Position numbers and translations under genes: made by a program. 55,032 bases of DNA from a virus (lineage: Duplodnaviria > Caudoviricetes): positions 1 through 55,032 of IMG/VR virus record IMGVR_UViG_3300045996_000451; one strand, given 5' to 3'. The notes under the pieces were generated by a model. That model was not told where the DNA came from. It saw only the letters and a list, made by a program, of their open reading frames with translations, and searched no databases. Shown here piece after piece: positions 35,533-45,002 of this stretch; the stretch's first letter is position 1, and each line of letters begins with the position of its first letter.

Positions 35533-35560
35533 ATGGTAGCACTATGCTTTAATATATCAA
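35533..35560 (-). promoter_or_regulatory. Leftward promoter, TTGATATAT family
   Basis: TTGATA-16-TACCAT with TG extension. Confidence 0.55.
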
Positions 35561-35563
35561 GGG

Positions 35564-35851
35564 TTAATCGCCGGTGGTGGCCGACCCTACAGTGGTGCCG
35601 AGGTTCAGGTTCACGGGGTACGGATAGGTGGAACCGACCGTGAGTACCACGTGAGTGGTGGTCACTTGGTCGTCAGTGTCGCGATAGAACAGGATGTCAC
35701 CGACTCGCATGCCGCGGCTTCCACCATCCGAGATAAAATCGGCTGCGTCCACATCGGCGGCCGCGTCCGTTCCATGAAGGGTCCATTGTTGGCCGGCGCC
35801 GGTCAAAGGCGCGCCGGAAACCAGGTTCAAATTACCGGGTACGTATGCCAT
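35564..35851 (-). CDS. Putative capsid decoration protein
   Basis: AAGGAG RBS; directly follows the major capsid gene. Confidence 0.6.
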   Translation of the reverse strand: MAYVPGNLNLVSGAPLTGAGQQWTLHGTDAAADVDAADFISDGGSRGMRVGDILFYRDTDDQVTTTHVVLTVGSTYPYPVNLNLGTTVGSATTGD

Positions 35852-35918
35852 GTTTAATACTCCTTTAAATTCGTTTTCAGGGGTGCCCGGTTAAGGGCAC
35901 CTGTTCACAACCGGCGGA

Positions 35919-36749
35919 TTACTGCGCGGCGAAGTTCGAACCGTCGTGGTTGATTACGACGATACCGGTACCCTGCAGCGTTTCCGAACCCATGTGGGCC
36001 GAGCAACGCGCGAAGCTGTAGCCGTGTTCGCTGTTGTAGTCCACAAAGTTCTCGATGCCCTTGGTATCGATAGCGTGGCCGATTGCCGTTTTGTGGAACA
36101 TGAAGCATTTCTCGGCGTTGGTACCGAAGCCGGGAAGGTTCGGGTGTACCACCCAGTTAACGTTCATCCAGCGGAACGAATTCAGGGCGCCGGTGAAGGG
36201 CTTGTTGTTGGTGTAGTCCACGTTGGTGAATTCTTTCGTCTGCATGAGATAGGCGAAGAATGCCGGGGTAATCAGGGCGTTGACGTTTCCGTCGAGTGGC
36301 ACCTGGTTGTTACCGAGAATCGTGTAGGCGTACAGAGCCAGCGACAGGCTGGCGGTTTGCGCCGCGCCGGTGTCAACCGTGCTGGTGTTCAGTTCGGTGA
36401 TGATGTCCGAATCCATCTTGCGGTTAATCACGCCCATCGTCGTTTCTTGCATGATGCGGCGTTGGTCGCCTTGGGACGCGTAAATGTTGAAGTCGGTCTT
36501 ACGTACCAGGTCGTGCCATTCGACCAGTGTTGCGGTCTTTTGTGTCAGGTTGTCGGCACGGGCGGGGATAAGACCGTTCAGGCCGCGGGTAACTGCGGTC
36601 GCGCCGCCGGAATCGGCGACCAGGAATACGGCGGAATTGCCCTTAAGGACGGCTTCGGTCGTAACCATGTTACGGACCAAAGATTGACGTTGCTCAAAGC
36701 CACTCAGGAATTCCTGAGAATATTGTGTTTGGAATGCACTATCTGCCAT
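35919..36749 (-). CDS. Major capsid protein
   Basis: F..QY..EF...F.Q..S start and typical C-terminus; follows the scaffold; AGGAG RBS. Confidence 0.88.
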   Translation of the reverse strand: MADSAFQTQYSQEFLSGFEQRQSLVRNMVTTEAVLKGNSAVFLVADSGGATAVTRGLNGLIPARADNLTQKTATLVEWHDLVRKTDFNIYASQGDQRRIMQETTMGVINRKMDSDIITELNTSTVDTGAAQTASLSLALYAYTILGNNQVPLDGNVNALITPAFFAYLMQTKEFTNVDYTNNKPFTGALNSFRWMNVNWVVHPNLPGFGTNAEKCFMFHKTAIGHAIDTKGIENFVDYNSEHGYSFARCSAHMGSETLQGTGIVVINHDGSNFAAQ

Positions 36750-36884
36750 GATCGGACTCCTAAAATTGGGTTAATGAAAATCTCACTACCGAACTTTCGG
36801 GGTGTCCTTTCTGTGGCTTCGCGGGTGTCCTAGTAACGGGGGTCGCTGGCTTCCAGTTGGGTGCCTACAGTGGTATTACAAGAA

Positions 36885-36913
36885 ATGCTACAAGTAATAC
36901 TTTAAGATATCAA
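36885..36913 (-). promoter_or_regulatory. Capsid promoter, TTGATAT family
   Basis: TTGATA-17-TAGCAT. Confidence 0.65.
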
Positions 36914-37608
36914 GGCATACTTGTCCAATACCGATTTCCTTTGCGGGCGTTTTCTTTTCCGGGGATTACCCGGACGTTGAATTCGCAGTGTAGGCCGCAG
37001 ACTATTTTGCTTTGGAGCGGTACGATATGGTCTACATGGTGGACTATTCCAGTAACTTTGGTGCGCAACTGCGCGAGTTCGTAGGCTTCCGAGATAACGA
37101 ATTCATCTGCCCACGTTGGGGTGGCTTGGAGTTTCACCGCACGGTGTTTTGAATTACGTGCGTTGGCCTTGTGGGGGTACCGTTTGGCGTACCTCCGGTG
37201 CCTCTCGGCGATCTTTTCGGGGTTAGCCTTTTTCCATAACGTGTTGTACTCCTTTACCCTGTCTTGATTAGCCTTCCGCCAAAGCGACATAACATGAGGA
37301 TTCACAAGGCGGTACTCAGCTACCCGCTGCTTTACTGTTTCTTTATTTGCTTCGTAATACGCGGCCTGTTTAATCCGTACCGCGTCCCGTTCGGCTAGGT
37401 ACCTAGTCGCTTTCTTAGTCGCTATCAGTTCCCGGTTCTCCCGCGCGTACTTCGCTTTCCGTTCGCGTATCACGTCGGGGTTCTCGTTCCTAAATTTAGT
37501 GACGCGCTCTATTACTTCCTGCCTGTTCTTTTCATACCATTGCCGGTGGTACTCTTTCATATACGCCTTGCGTGCGGCTTTGCTTGCCGCCTTTTGTTCT
37601 TCGGTCAT
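36910..37608 (-). CDS. Free-standing HNH homing endonuclease 1
   Basis: HVDHIVPL...VCGLH...N...EN.RK.N; N-terminal Y..AN.E repeats. Confidence 0.88.
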   Translation of the reverse strand: MTEEQKAASKAARKAYMKEYHRQWYEKNRQEVIERVTKFRNENPDVIRERKAKYARENRELIATKKATRYLAERDAVRIKQAAYYEANKETVKQRVAEYRLVNPHVMSLWRKANQDRVKEYNTLWKKANPEKIAERHRRYAKRYPHKANARNSKHRAVKLQATPTWADEFVISEAYELAQLRTKVTGIVHHVDHIVPLQSKIVCGLHCEFNVRVIPGKENARKGNRYWTSMP

Positions 37609-37637
37609 TTCTTGTTCCCGCAATATGTAACCCGTTC

Positions 37638-37666
37638 ATGTTACTGTATAGTGCCGTAAATGTCAA
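37638..37666 (-). promoter_or_regulatory. Promoter for HNH 1
   Basis: TTGACA-17-TAACAT. Confidence 0.65.
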
Positions 37667-37686
37667 ACCGCCCCGAAGGGCGGTTC
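37665..37686 (-). terminator. Terminator after the scaffold gene
   Basis: AACCGCCCC-GAA-GGGGCGGTT. Confidence 0.7.
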
Positions 37687-37693
37687 TGGTTTA

Positions 37694-38623
37694 TTAACGG
37701 GTTACTTTCGACCGCGCCGTAATCAGGTCGCGGTACCGTGCCTGATTCTTTTCCGCGTTCGCGCCTTTCCAGTATTCGCTGGTCTGATCCCCCATCCAGC
37801 CTTCAAGCTTGGATATCTCGCTTTCCATGGCTTGCTGTGCGTTCGCCCCGCTGCCCGGTACCACGGTGGCCATGGGGTTGAGTTCGCGTGCCATTGTCGC
37901 CAACCATTGCAGGGTCGGCACATGGTTGCCGAGCGGCGAACCGTCGGCTAAACGGGCGCCGTTCAATTGCTCCTTGACGCCCTGCGGGGCCCCGTTCAGC
38001 ATGCCGTTAATTAGGTTCAGGTTCAGTTCTACTTCGGAACCCCATACTTCGGGACTCTTCAGGGCGGCGTCCGCATTTACATGCGATTCGTGATCGGCTA
38101 TCGCGCGGGCTTGTATGTCCTTCTCGCGCAGTTCCAAATGAGCGGCCGCCAGCTTGTTGACCTGTGCGGGGGTCAAGTTCTCTTCGTGCGCTACCTTGGT
38201 GAATGCGTCAACGTAGGGCTTATCCGCTTCGCCCAGTACGATACCGTCGGGCAGGTTGAATTCATACGCGTCCGGGGATTCCGGTATCCCGTTCAGTTCA
38301 CGGTAGGCGGCGACTTCTTCCGGCGTTGCGTCCTTGCCCGGGCGTGCGCTCATCGAGCCGATTTTGTTCTGCGCTTCCACGCCGGCGCGGATTGCTTCCT
38401 GCAGCGTGCCGTATCGTTCCAGGCGTTTCAATACCTTGGTGTCTTCGCCCGCGAGCTTCGCCCGCATGCTTGCCCAATCATCGACCGCGGGTGCGGCGGG
38501 CGCGGCTGCTGGTGCGGGGGATAGGGTTGTGGGTGCTGCGGTGGTGTTCGGTGCTGCTACCGGTGCCGCGTTATTTTCCAGGGTGACGGTTTCATCCGTG
38601 CTGGTGGTGTTTTCTTCTGCCAT
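37694..38623 (-). CDS. Capsid scaffolding/assembly protein
   Basis: Ala/Pro-rich N-terminus, G.PE.PD.Y motif; lies between portal and capsid. Confidence 0.75.
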   Translation of the reverse strand: MAEENTTSTDETVTLENNAAPVAAPNTTAAPTTLSPAPAAAPAAPAVDDWASMRAKLAGEDTKVLKRLERYGTLQEAIRAGVEAQNKIGSMSARPGKDATPEEVAAYRELNGIPESPDAYEFNLPDGIVLGEADKPYVDAFTKVAHEENLTPAQVNKLAAAHLELREKDIQARAIADHESHVNADAALKSPEVWGSEVELNLNLINGMLNGAPQGVKEQLNGARLADGSPLGNHVPTLQWLATMARELNPMATVVPGSGANAQQAMESEISKLEGWMGDQTSEYWKGANAEKNQARYRDLITARSKVTR

Positions 38624-38652
38624 GTGTACTACTCCTTTGCGTTATGAAAAAG

Positions 38653-38934
38653 TTACTTCTTCTCCTTGAAAGCCGCGGTATTCAGTTTCAGCATTTTCAA
38701 TACTTGCAAGCCGACGAACCGCCGACCGCTGGCGAACGCATGGTCCCGGGGTTCTGTGCGGTACTCGAGGTCGTAGGTACCAGCCGCGTTATAGATAACC
38801 CAGTTGATAGCCCGCTGTTGCTGGTCCGCCGTCGCGTCGCCCCGTACCAGTGCTTGCAGGGCGGACGCGTCGGCTAGTTCCCATTTGGCTGGTTCGAATA
38901 CTTCCGGTGCTTTTGGTGTCCGTTTCGTACTCAC
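38653..38934 (-). CDS. Bbp19-like conserved protein
   Basis: AF.SGRRFVGLQ motif; position after the portal. Confidence 0.7.
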   Translation of the reverse strand: MSTKRTPKAPEVFEPAKWELADASALQALVRGDATADQQQRAINWVIYNAAGTYDLEYRTEPRDHAFASGRRFVGLQVLKMLKLNTAAFKEKK

Positions 38935-40580
38935 ATCGCCCCCATGCCGAGTCCGGGATTAGCGCCCGGGTTGACGTTGGCTTCGGATACCGTCTTCGCT
39001 ACGTCCGCCCCCTGTTGCATTTGCGCCAACAGTTGCGCGGTCTGGGCTTGCTGTTGCTTCTCTGCCGCAAGCTGTTCGACCATTGATTCGGACCGTAGCC
39101 ACGCCGCCGGTACGCCGGTACCCTGCAGGGTGTCGCGTACCGCCTTTTTCGTGTCCAGCATGAACGGTACCGTCTGGTCGAGCGGTGCGGCTTGGGAAAT
39201 AATCGAAGCTGCTTCCAGGAACCGTTGACCTTTTGCGCGCTCTATCGCGTCGTGCAATGGTGACTCGAACGCGAATGTGTATTCCATCCGGTGCAGTTCT
39301 TCGGGTATCTCCGTAATCGGTCCGAACACGCCCGCACGCAACAACAGTTCGAACGTGTTCTCGCACAAGGGACCGTTGTATTGGGCTTCCATTGGTTCGA
39401 ACAGGGGCGTGGCTTGGCGTATGTACTCTTCGACCCGCTGCCCTACCTCGTAGGCCGTCATTTCCTGGTCCGGTGCCGGTAGCGCGATCTTGTTCAGGTA
39501 GAAGGCTTCGGCAATCATCTGCCGCGTGTCCTGTGCCATTTCAAGGCCCAAGGGGATGCCGCTCTTGTCCTGCGTCAAGGGGCGCAATACTTCGCCCAGT
39601 CGTTCGTCGTATTCGGTATCAACCCACGTTACGCCCCCGGCCAGTATGTTGAGGTCCGAGCGTAGCGCCCCCTGTACCGCGATCATGGGCGGGCTAACCG
39701 CCTTCTCGCCGGCTTCGAGCAGAACGCCGGTCATGGTCTGTAGCAAGCTGGCGTCGGACATGGCGATAACAGCAGCCGGAGAATAGGCGTACTGGGATCC
39801 GCTCACGGTCTGCCAGCGGGGGATTACGTATTCCATGTTCATCAAGCCGACTTCTTCCATCTTGTGTTTCTGTTCAACGTCCAGGTAAATGGAAATGAAC
39901 GGCGTGCGGAACTTCTTACCGTCGCTGGGGTAGTAATCGGACGGTACAATGCAGTGCCACACTTCGACTTCCTTGTGCGGTTCCTTTTCGATCTTGTCTA
40001 CCCAGGCTTGGTGTACCTTGCCCGGGAACAGACGCATAAGGTCGGCAATCGTGGGTTTCCATTTGCGGTAAACGGTACCGATTTTCCCGTTCTCGTCTTC
40101 CATCCATGCCACGTCGCGCAAGTGCCAGCAACGGTACAAAAGCCCGTTGGCTTTCGAGTTGAGGGATGTTTGTATACAGGTCTGTCCGAACGCTGCGTAG
40201 TCGTGGTCGGCTTCCTTGGTGGCGCGGGTGAACTGGGTATCCTTGTGGTACATCGCGCGCCGCTGGCGATTCTCGGCCATCTCTAACCATGCCCGGGCTT
40301 CGCTGCCCAGTTGTTCCCACCGGTCCGTCGTCCTGATATGAAACCAGTTCTTGCTGGTGGGGCGTAGCATGGTGCCGAACGCGTTACCCAGATCCCGGCG
40401 TGCGAGTTGCGGGTACCCGGTATTGAGCCAGTCCCCGAACTCGGCACCGATATTGCGAACCGTAGTAAAGTCCGCGCGTTCCGGGTAGAAGTTTTCCGCC
40501 ATGCGTTGCCAGAGAGACAGCAGGGATCCGCGTTTACTGAAAAGCTCCCCGCCTTGTTTGACCAGGTATTCAGCACCCAT
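38931..40580 (-). CDS. Portal (head-to-tail connector)
   Basis: 549 aa; PRW..SG..Y.YSP and MTAYEV..R.EE motifs. Confidence 0.9.
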   Translation of the reverse strand: MGAEYLVKQGGELFSKRGSLLSLWQRMAENFYPERADFTTVRNIGAEFGDWLNTGYPQLARRDLGNAFGTMLRPTSKNWFHIRTTDRWEQLGSEARAWLEMAENRQRRAMYHKDTQFTRATKEADHDYAAFGQTCIQTSLNSKANGLLYRCWHLRDVAWMEDENGKIGTVYRKWKPTIADLMRLFPGKVHQAWVDKIEKEPHKEVEVWHCIVPSDYYPSDGKKFRTPFISIYLDVEQKHKMEEVGLMNMEYVIPRWQTVSGSQYAYSPAAVIAMSDASLLQTMTGVLLEAGEKAVSPPMIAVQGALRSDLNILAGGVTWVDTEYDERLGEVLRPLTQDKSGIPLGLEMAQDTRQMIAEAFYLNKIALPAPDQEMTAYEVGQRVEEYIRQATPLFEPMEAQYNGPLCENTFELLLRAGVFGPITEIPEELHRMEYTFAFESPLHDAIERAKGQRFLEAASIISQAAPLDQTVPFMLDTKKAVRDTLQGTGVPAAWLRSESMVEQLAAEKQQQAQTAQLLAQMQQGADVAKTVSEANVNPGANPGLGMGAM

Positions 40581-40584
40581 AGAT

Positions 40585-40794
40585 TTATCCTAATTTGTCG
40601 TAGCTGTCGGATAGCATGGTGCTTGCGCGCCCCTGCCGCTGTTGCTGGTTAATCATGGCCTTTTTGCGGGTATCGGCTATCTTGTCGCTGTCCGCTTCCG
40701 GCATGATGGGCGCCGGTTCGATGGTGGGTTGCTTCGCGGGTTTGCCAAGCACGGTTTTCATAATCAGTTTGGGAAGCGCAAATATTTCACTCAT
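40585..40794 (-). CDS. Small virion-associated protein (paralogue of 40797..40979)
   Basis: MP..D...GRAST.L...KLG. Confidence 0.65.
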   Translation of the reverse strand: MSEIFALPKLIMKTVLGKPAKQPTIEPAPIMPEADSDKIADTRKKAMINQQQRQGRASTMLSDSYDKLG

Positions 40795-40796
40795 GG

Positions 40797-40979
40797 TCAG
40801 CCCCCGCCCAGTTTTTCGCCTTCGCCCGCCAGGACGGTGCTAGCCCGTCCGCCGCGTTCGGTTGCTGTCGTGTTGGCTTTCCTCTTTGCTTTCTTGGTGG
40901 CTTCCGTGTCTTCCAACGGCATGACAACCGGTGCCAATACCGTTGGTGCTTTCGCTTTCCCGCCGACTAATCCGCTCAT
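40797..40979 (-). CDS. Small virion-associated protein
   Basis: MP..D...GRAST.L...KLG; AAGGAGG RBS. Confidence 0.65.
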   Translation of the reverse strand: MSGLVGGKAKAPTVLAPVVMPLEDTEATKKAKRKANTTATERGGRASTVLAGEGEKLGGG

Positions 40980-40992
40980 GGTGTACCCTCCC

Positions 40993-42540
40993 TTATGTCC
41001 TGTGCTTTTTCATGATTACTGCCGGTGCCCTGTTGCTGCCAAAATTCTTCCATCCGCCTGCGATGTTCGCCCCGCGTACCCCGTCGAACCAGGCCATAAC
41101 TACAGCGTCGCCCTTATCGGTGGAGCGTCCGAGTCGCTTTACGAGGTCGGCTTTTGCTTCCACCTTGATACCCCCCGAACCCACGTCGTATGTGGGCGCG
41201 CAGAGATCCGCTACGAGTTCAGAATCAGGCGGTAACGCAATCGTGGACCCTTGGGGTTGCGATGGGTCTAAGGCTTCCCGGAGTCGCCAGTACGCTTCTG
41301 AACGGACGTTGAAGAACCCCAGTTGCCGGTCTACCGTTCGCCGTGTCGATTTCTTGACGCCCATGTAGCTGATTACGTCTACGCTGTTTTCTTTCAGGTG
41401 CCCGTAGGCGTCGCCCCCGTACCCACCGCCTACGTCTATGATTACCTTCGCTTCGTTCCGGCGATTGGTGATTACCAAACCGGCTACTACTTTCCCGTCC
41501 GGTGTCTGGTTTCCGGGTACGGATATAATCGGTGCGTACCATCCGTCGTGTCGAATAGCTAGTGTCGTTTTGTCCTGCCCGCCCTGCGCAACGTCAACCC
41601 CGATACAGCACATCGGTACGCCTACCGGGGGCTGGGGCTTCCAGCGTTCCTGTGCCGCCTTTACCCAGGCGGACGGTATGCACTGGAACGCGTCGTCTAC
41701 TTTGGCTACCCCGAAGTCGCCGTAAAGCAACTGTGTTCTGAGCGGTTCCGGTAGCGACTGAAGCTTCGCTCGATACTCCGGGGTATCCCGGTATGGGTTG
41801 TCGCTCAGCTTCGCGGGTATGAACGTAAAGGAAAGGGGCTTCCGCATTTCGCCTTCTATGTTCACGTCGTCCGGTCCCTCTACCCAGTGCGGTTCCCCGC
41901 CGAGCATTACCGCGTACCGCAATTCCCCCGGCGCGGCTGGCTTGTAGTGTGTCGGGTCTATCCATGGTCCGAACCACAGTGTTAGCCAATAACCGTCGCT
42001 TGAACGGGGCGGGTTCGATGCAAGCACTATCCGGCAACGCTGTCCCTGCGGTCCGCGGTTCCAAGCCATTAATGACGAAACCTGTTCCTGTAAGAACTCG
42101 CCCGCTTCGTCGAACCCTATCAAGTCCCGCTCGCGTCCGGCGTGTTTCAACCAGTCGCCGGGTTCTTTTATCCCGGCCAGCTTTAAAGAACGTCCATCGG
42201 TCCAGGTCCACTCGGGTAGTGGTGCGCTTCTGAAATTCGCGCTATCCCCTATAATCTGTTTCCCGGCTTCCGCGAGTCCGTCGGTCTGCGACGATTCCCG
42301 GCGGAACACTATGCTTCTGGTATGCTCTTGCGACGCTAACCCCATGAGCAGGAAAGATTTCCCGCCCCCTGCCGCGCCGCCGTACAGTAGTACATCTGCC
42401 TGAGTCAGATACGCATCGGTCTGCGGCCCCGGTAGCGGCACAAATCGCATGGTCGCTTTCTGCTTCTCCAAGATGCCCGATACTTCGGCGCGTTCTTTTG
42501 CGGGCAGTGCGTTTAAAGCCTTCAGTATTTCGTCTAGCAT
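40993..42540 (-). CDS. terL: Terminase large subunit
   Basis: GGAAGGGKS Walker A, FDEAGE Walker B, ASNPP, IGVDVA nuclease, D.GDA. Confidence 0.92.
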   Translation of the reverse strand: MLDEILKALNALPAKERAEVSGILEKQKATMRFVPLPGPQTDAYLTQADVLLYGGAAGGGKSFLLMGLASQEHTRSIVFRRESSQTDGLAEAGKQIIGDSANFRSAPLPEWTWTDGRSLKLAGIKEPGDWLKHAGRERDLIGFDEAGEFLQEQVSSLMAWNRGPQGQRCRIVLASNPPRSSDGYWLTLWFGPWIDPTHYKPAAPGELRYAVMLGGEPHWVEGPDDVNIEGEMRKPLSFTFIPAKLSDNPYRDTPEYRAKLQSLPEPLRTQLLYGDFGVAKVDDAFQCIPSAWVKAAQERWKPQPPVGVPMCCIGVDVAQGGQDKTTLAIRHDGWYAPIISVPGNQTPDGKVVAGLVITNRRNEAKVIIDVGGGYGGDAYGHLKENSVDVISYMGVKKSTRRTVDRQLGFFNVRSEAYWRLREALDPSQPQGSTIALPPDSELVADLCAPTYDVGSGGIKVEAKADLVKRLGRSTDKGDAVVMAWFDGVRGANIAGGWKNFGSNRAPAVIMKKHRT

Positions 42541-43148
42541 GGCATGCCAGGCCAAACACGATTACTCTTTACTTGGTTTTCACGCCCCGGTATTACCTGT
42601 AAGTTGAACTCGCAATGGAGTCCGCAAACCAGTTTACTTTTTAGCGGTACGATATGGTCAACATGCCACCTTCCGCCACAAACCTTCTTGCGCAATTCGG
42701 CGAGCCGGTAGGCTTCCACTATGGCGAAACCGTCCGCCCATGTCGGGGTAGCTTTCATCTTTTGCGACCTTCGCGTCGCTGTAATATTGTTTGCTTTCTC
42801 GGGGTTGTTTTTCGCCCATGAACGGTTGTACGCCTGTACCCGTTCCGAATTCTCTGTCCGGTACCGGGCGTTGTATTCGCGCCTATGTTCCTTGGTGGCT
42901 TCCCGGTACGCCGCGCTCTGTGCCTTTATTTGCTCTTCTCGCGCCTTTCGGTACTCCGCTTTGTAGGCGGCCGCCTTCTCTTTGTTCGCTGCGTAATATG
43001 CGGCCTTACCCGCTAGCACTTTATCCCGGTTTCGCTGTTTGTACTCTAGGCTCTTTTTGCGTAACTCTTCTCGATGCGCGGCGCGATACCGTGCCTTTAT
43101 TAGCCTTCGTCCTTCTTTCTGTTCGTCTGTGAGTGTCCGCTTTTCCAT
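42534..43148 (-). CDS. Free-standing HNH homing endonuclease 2
   Basis: HVDHIVPL...VCGLH...EN..K.N; paralogue of HNH 1. Confidence 0.88.
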   Translation of the reverse strand: MEKRTLTDEQKEGRRLIKARYRAAHREELRKKSLEYKQRNRDKVLAGKAAYYAANKEKAAAYKAEYRKAREEQIKAQSAAYREATKEHRREYNARYRTENSERVQAYNRSWAKNNPEKANNITATRRSQKMKATPTWADGFAIVEAYRLAELRKKVCGGRWHVDHIVPLKSKLVCGLHCEFNLQVIPGRENQVKSNRVWPGMPC

Positions 43149-43156
43149 AACCCGTA

Positions 43157-43184
43157 AGCGTATACCAAATCATTCATATATCAA
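43157..43184 (-). promoter_or_regulatory. Leftward promoter, TTGATATATGAATGA family
   Basis: TTGATA-16-TACGCT, ending 8 nt before the HNH 2 ATG. Confidence 0.55.
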
Positions 43185-43185
43185 G

Positions 43186-44520
43186 CTATTGTCCTACACC
43201 CATTAGGCTGAGTAGTTTCAATACCCCCGCCACGAAAGCGATGTATACAGCCCCTAGTGCGCCGGTCGGCGTTATCGATCCTGCTAAGGACTTCAATACT
43301 TGGTAACTCGTTGTTACCGCCCCGGATACCGTTACACTACCGGATAACGCCCTAGCGGTAAGTTTGGCCAGTGCCCCGGTCATGGTAAGTTCGCCGCCCA
43401 GTCCCTTGGCTGTCATCTTCGAAATAGCGCCCGCGAGCGTGGTAGCCCCGGCCAATGCCTTAATGGTCATCTTCGCTATCGCCCCGCTGGGAGTTATCGA
43501 GCCGTCGAGCGAAGCCGTGAACAGAATCATGGTCGCCAGATTGCCGGTTCCTGTTATCGAACTTGACAATGCGCGCTGCGTCAACTTGACAATGTTTCCC
43601 GCATAAGTGATTGATCCGCCGAAGGATTTAGAAATCAACCTTGTCAACGCCCCGGACGGTGTACTGCTCCCGGCTACCGCTTTATTCGTTTGCTTCGTCA
43701 GGGCCCCGGCTATGGTGATCGAGCCGTCTATTGACTGGTTGTACGTGGTTCCGCCTACCGCCCCGGGGAAGAACCAGTACAGCGGTTCCGGTTCCCATAC
43801 CGCTCGCATGTTCAGGGATAAATCCTCTACCTCTGCGGCGGTACATTCGCGGTTCAGTATCACTACGTCGTATATCTCGCCGAAAAATTGATTGGCGTTA
43901 GCCGTGTTCATCCCTATCTTGAGTGTGGCAGTGGTCGTCGTGGGGGCGCCGGTCCCGGATCCACCGAACTTGTTCACAGGCGAGCCGGTATCCAGTACCC
44001 CGTTTATGTAGAACTTGGGGGCGGTGCCGATGTTCGAGCCTTGCGTAACGGCTACAGCGGACACGACGAGCGACGGGACGGTGGCTACACTATTCCATAC
44101 CCGGAATCCGCCGTTAGCCCGGTTCAGCGATAGCGCCCCGTTCTCAAGCAGGAATCCGAGCGGCGTAGCCGTGCCCCCACCCGCCGCGTCCTTGCTTACG
44201 ATAGACATTTGCGTGATGGTGGCGTTCGGCTTGGCGATTGCTACTACCGTCAACCCGCCCAAGGTGTTGTAGTCCGACAGGTCGGGGAACTGAACGTAAC
44301 TACTTGCCGCCCCAGGAACTACCCATTTCCCCGGTGCCCCGGAGCCCAATACAACGGTTCCGGTGAAGGAACCGCGGTTATTTGGGTGCTTTCCGTCTAA
44401 GCGGGGTAGTGATGGGGAGTAAGCGAATACTAGATTACGGTAGGCCCAATGGTCCGGGTCCAGCGGCAGTACGTACTGCGGCTGTTCTGTCCGTTTCGCC
44501 CGCCCAAGGAGATACGGCAT
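43186..44520 (-). CDS. LamG/ConA-like lectin domain protein with C-terminal ~22-aa repeats (fibre/adhesin)
   Basis: FYING..IG...F.GEIYDV.I.NR..T.AEV LamG signature; L.GSIT..G.L.K repeats. Confidence 0.75.
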   Translation of the reverse strand: MPYLLGRAKRTEQPQYVLPLDPDHWAYRNLVFAYSPSLPRLDGKHPNNRGSFTGTVVLGSGAPGKWVVPGAASSYVQFPDLSDYNTLGGLTVVAIAKPNATITQMSIVSKDAAGGGTATPLGFLLENGALSLNRANGGFRVWNSVATVPSLVVSAVAVTQGSNIGTAPKFYINGVLDTGSPVNKFGGSGTGAPTTTTATLKIGMNTANANQFFGEIYDVVILNRECTAAEVEDLSLNMRAVWEPEPLYWFFPGAVGGTTYNQSIDGSITIAGALTKQTNKAVAGSSTPSGALTRLISKSFGGSITYAGNIVKLTQRALSSSITGTGNLATMILFTASLDGSITPSGAIAKMTIKALAGATTLAGAISKMTAKGLGGELTMTGALAKLTARALSGSVTVSGAVTTSYQVLKSLAGSITPTGALGAVYIAFVAGVLKLLSLMGVGQ

Positions 44521-44523
44521 GGG

Positions 44524-45000
44524 CTAGGTAGGTGCGAGCGTGAAGGGCGTTATCTTTACCGTCGTGGGATTGCTGCTATAACTGATTTGCTGCCCTGAAT
44601 TGTTCTTGATATAGAACTGGGCTTTTTCCACGCCTAGCAGGGAAATTACAATCGGCTTTATGAAGGCTACGTCCTGGTTATCCACCACGAACGAACCGAC
44701 AAGCTTAGCCAGGTAGTCTACGTCCGTCGCCCCGGGCAACGCGGTTTCGTCCGACGTACCGTCGATATCGTCCATCGACATGTAGAGGTCCACGGTGCCG
44801 CCCGCTGTGGGCGCGGCGGCGAAGGTATCCGGAATGCCGAGTACCGCACGCGCGTAGGGATAGTCCAGTGTGCTGTTATCAAGTTGCGTCATGGTGCAAC
44901 CCGACAGGCCGGAATAGGTATTCGCGGCACTGGCCAGGGTTGCAGCGTGGCTGATAACCGTGGTCGGGCTGCCGTATACCTGTTTCAGTTCGTTCGCCAT
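44524..45000 (-). CDS. Putative structural beta-sandwich protein
   Basis: Operon packing next to the LamG gene; Thr/Ala-rich. Confidence 0.6.
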   Translation of the reverse strand: MANELKQVYGSPTTVISHAATLASAANTYSGLSGCTMTQLDNSTLDYPYARAVLGIPDTFAAAPTAGGTVDLYMSMDDIDGTSDETALPGATDVDYLAKLVGSFVVDNQDVAFIKPIVISLLGVEKAQFYIKNNSGQQISYSSNPTTVKITPFTLAPT

Positions 45001-45002
45001 GG

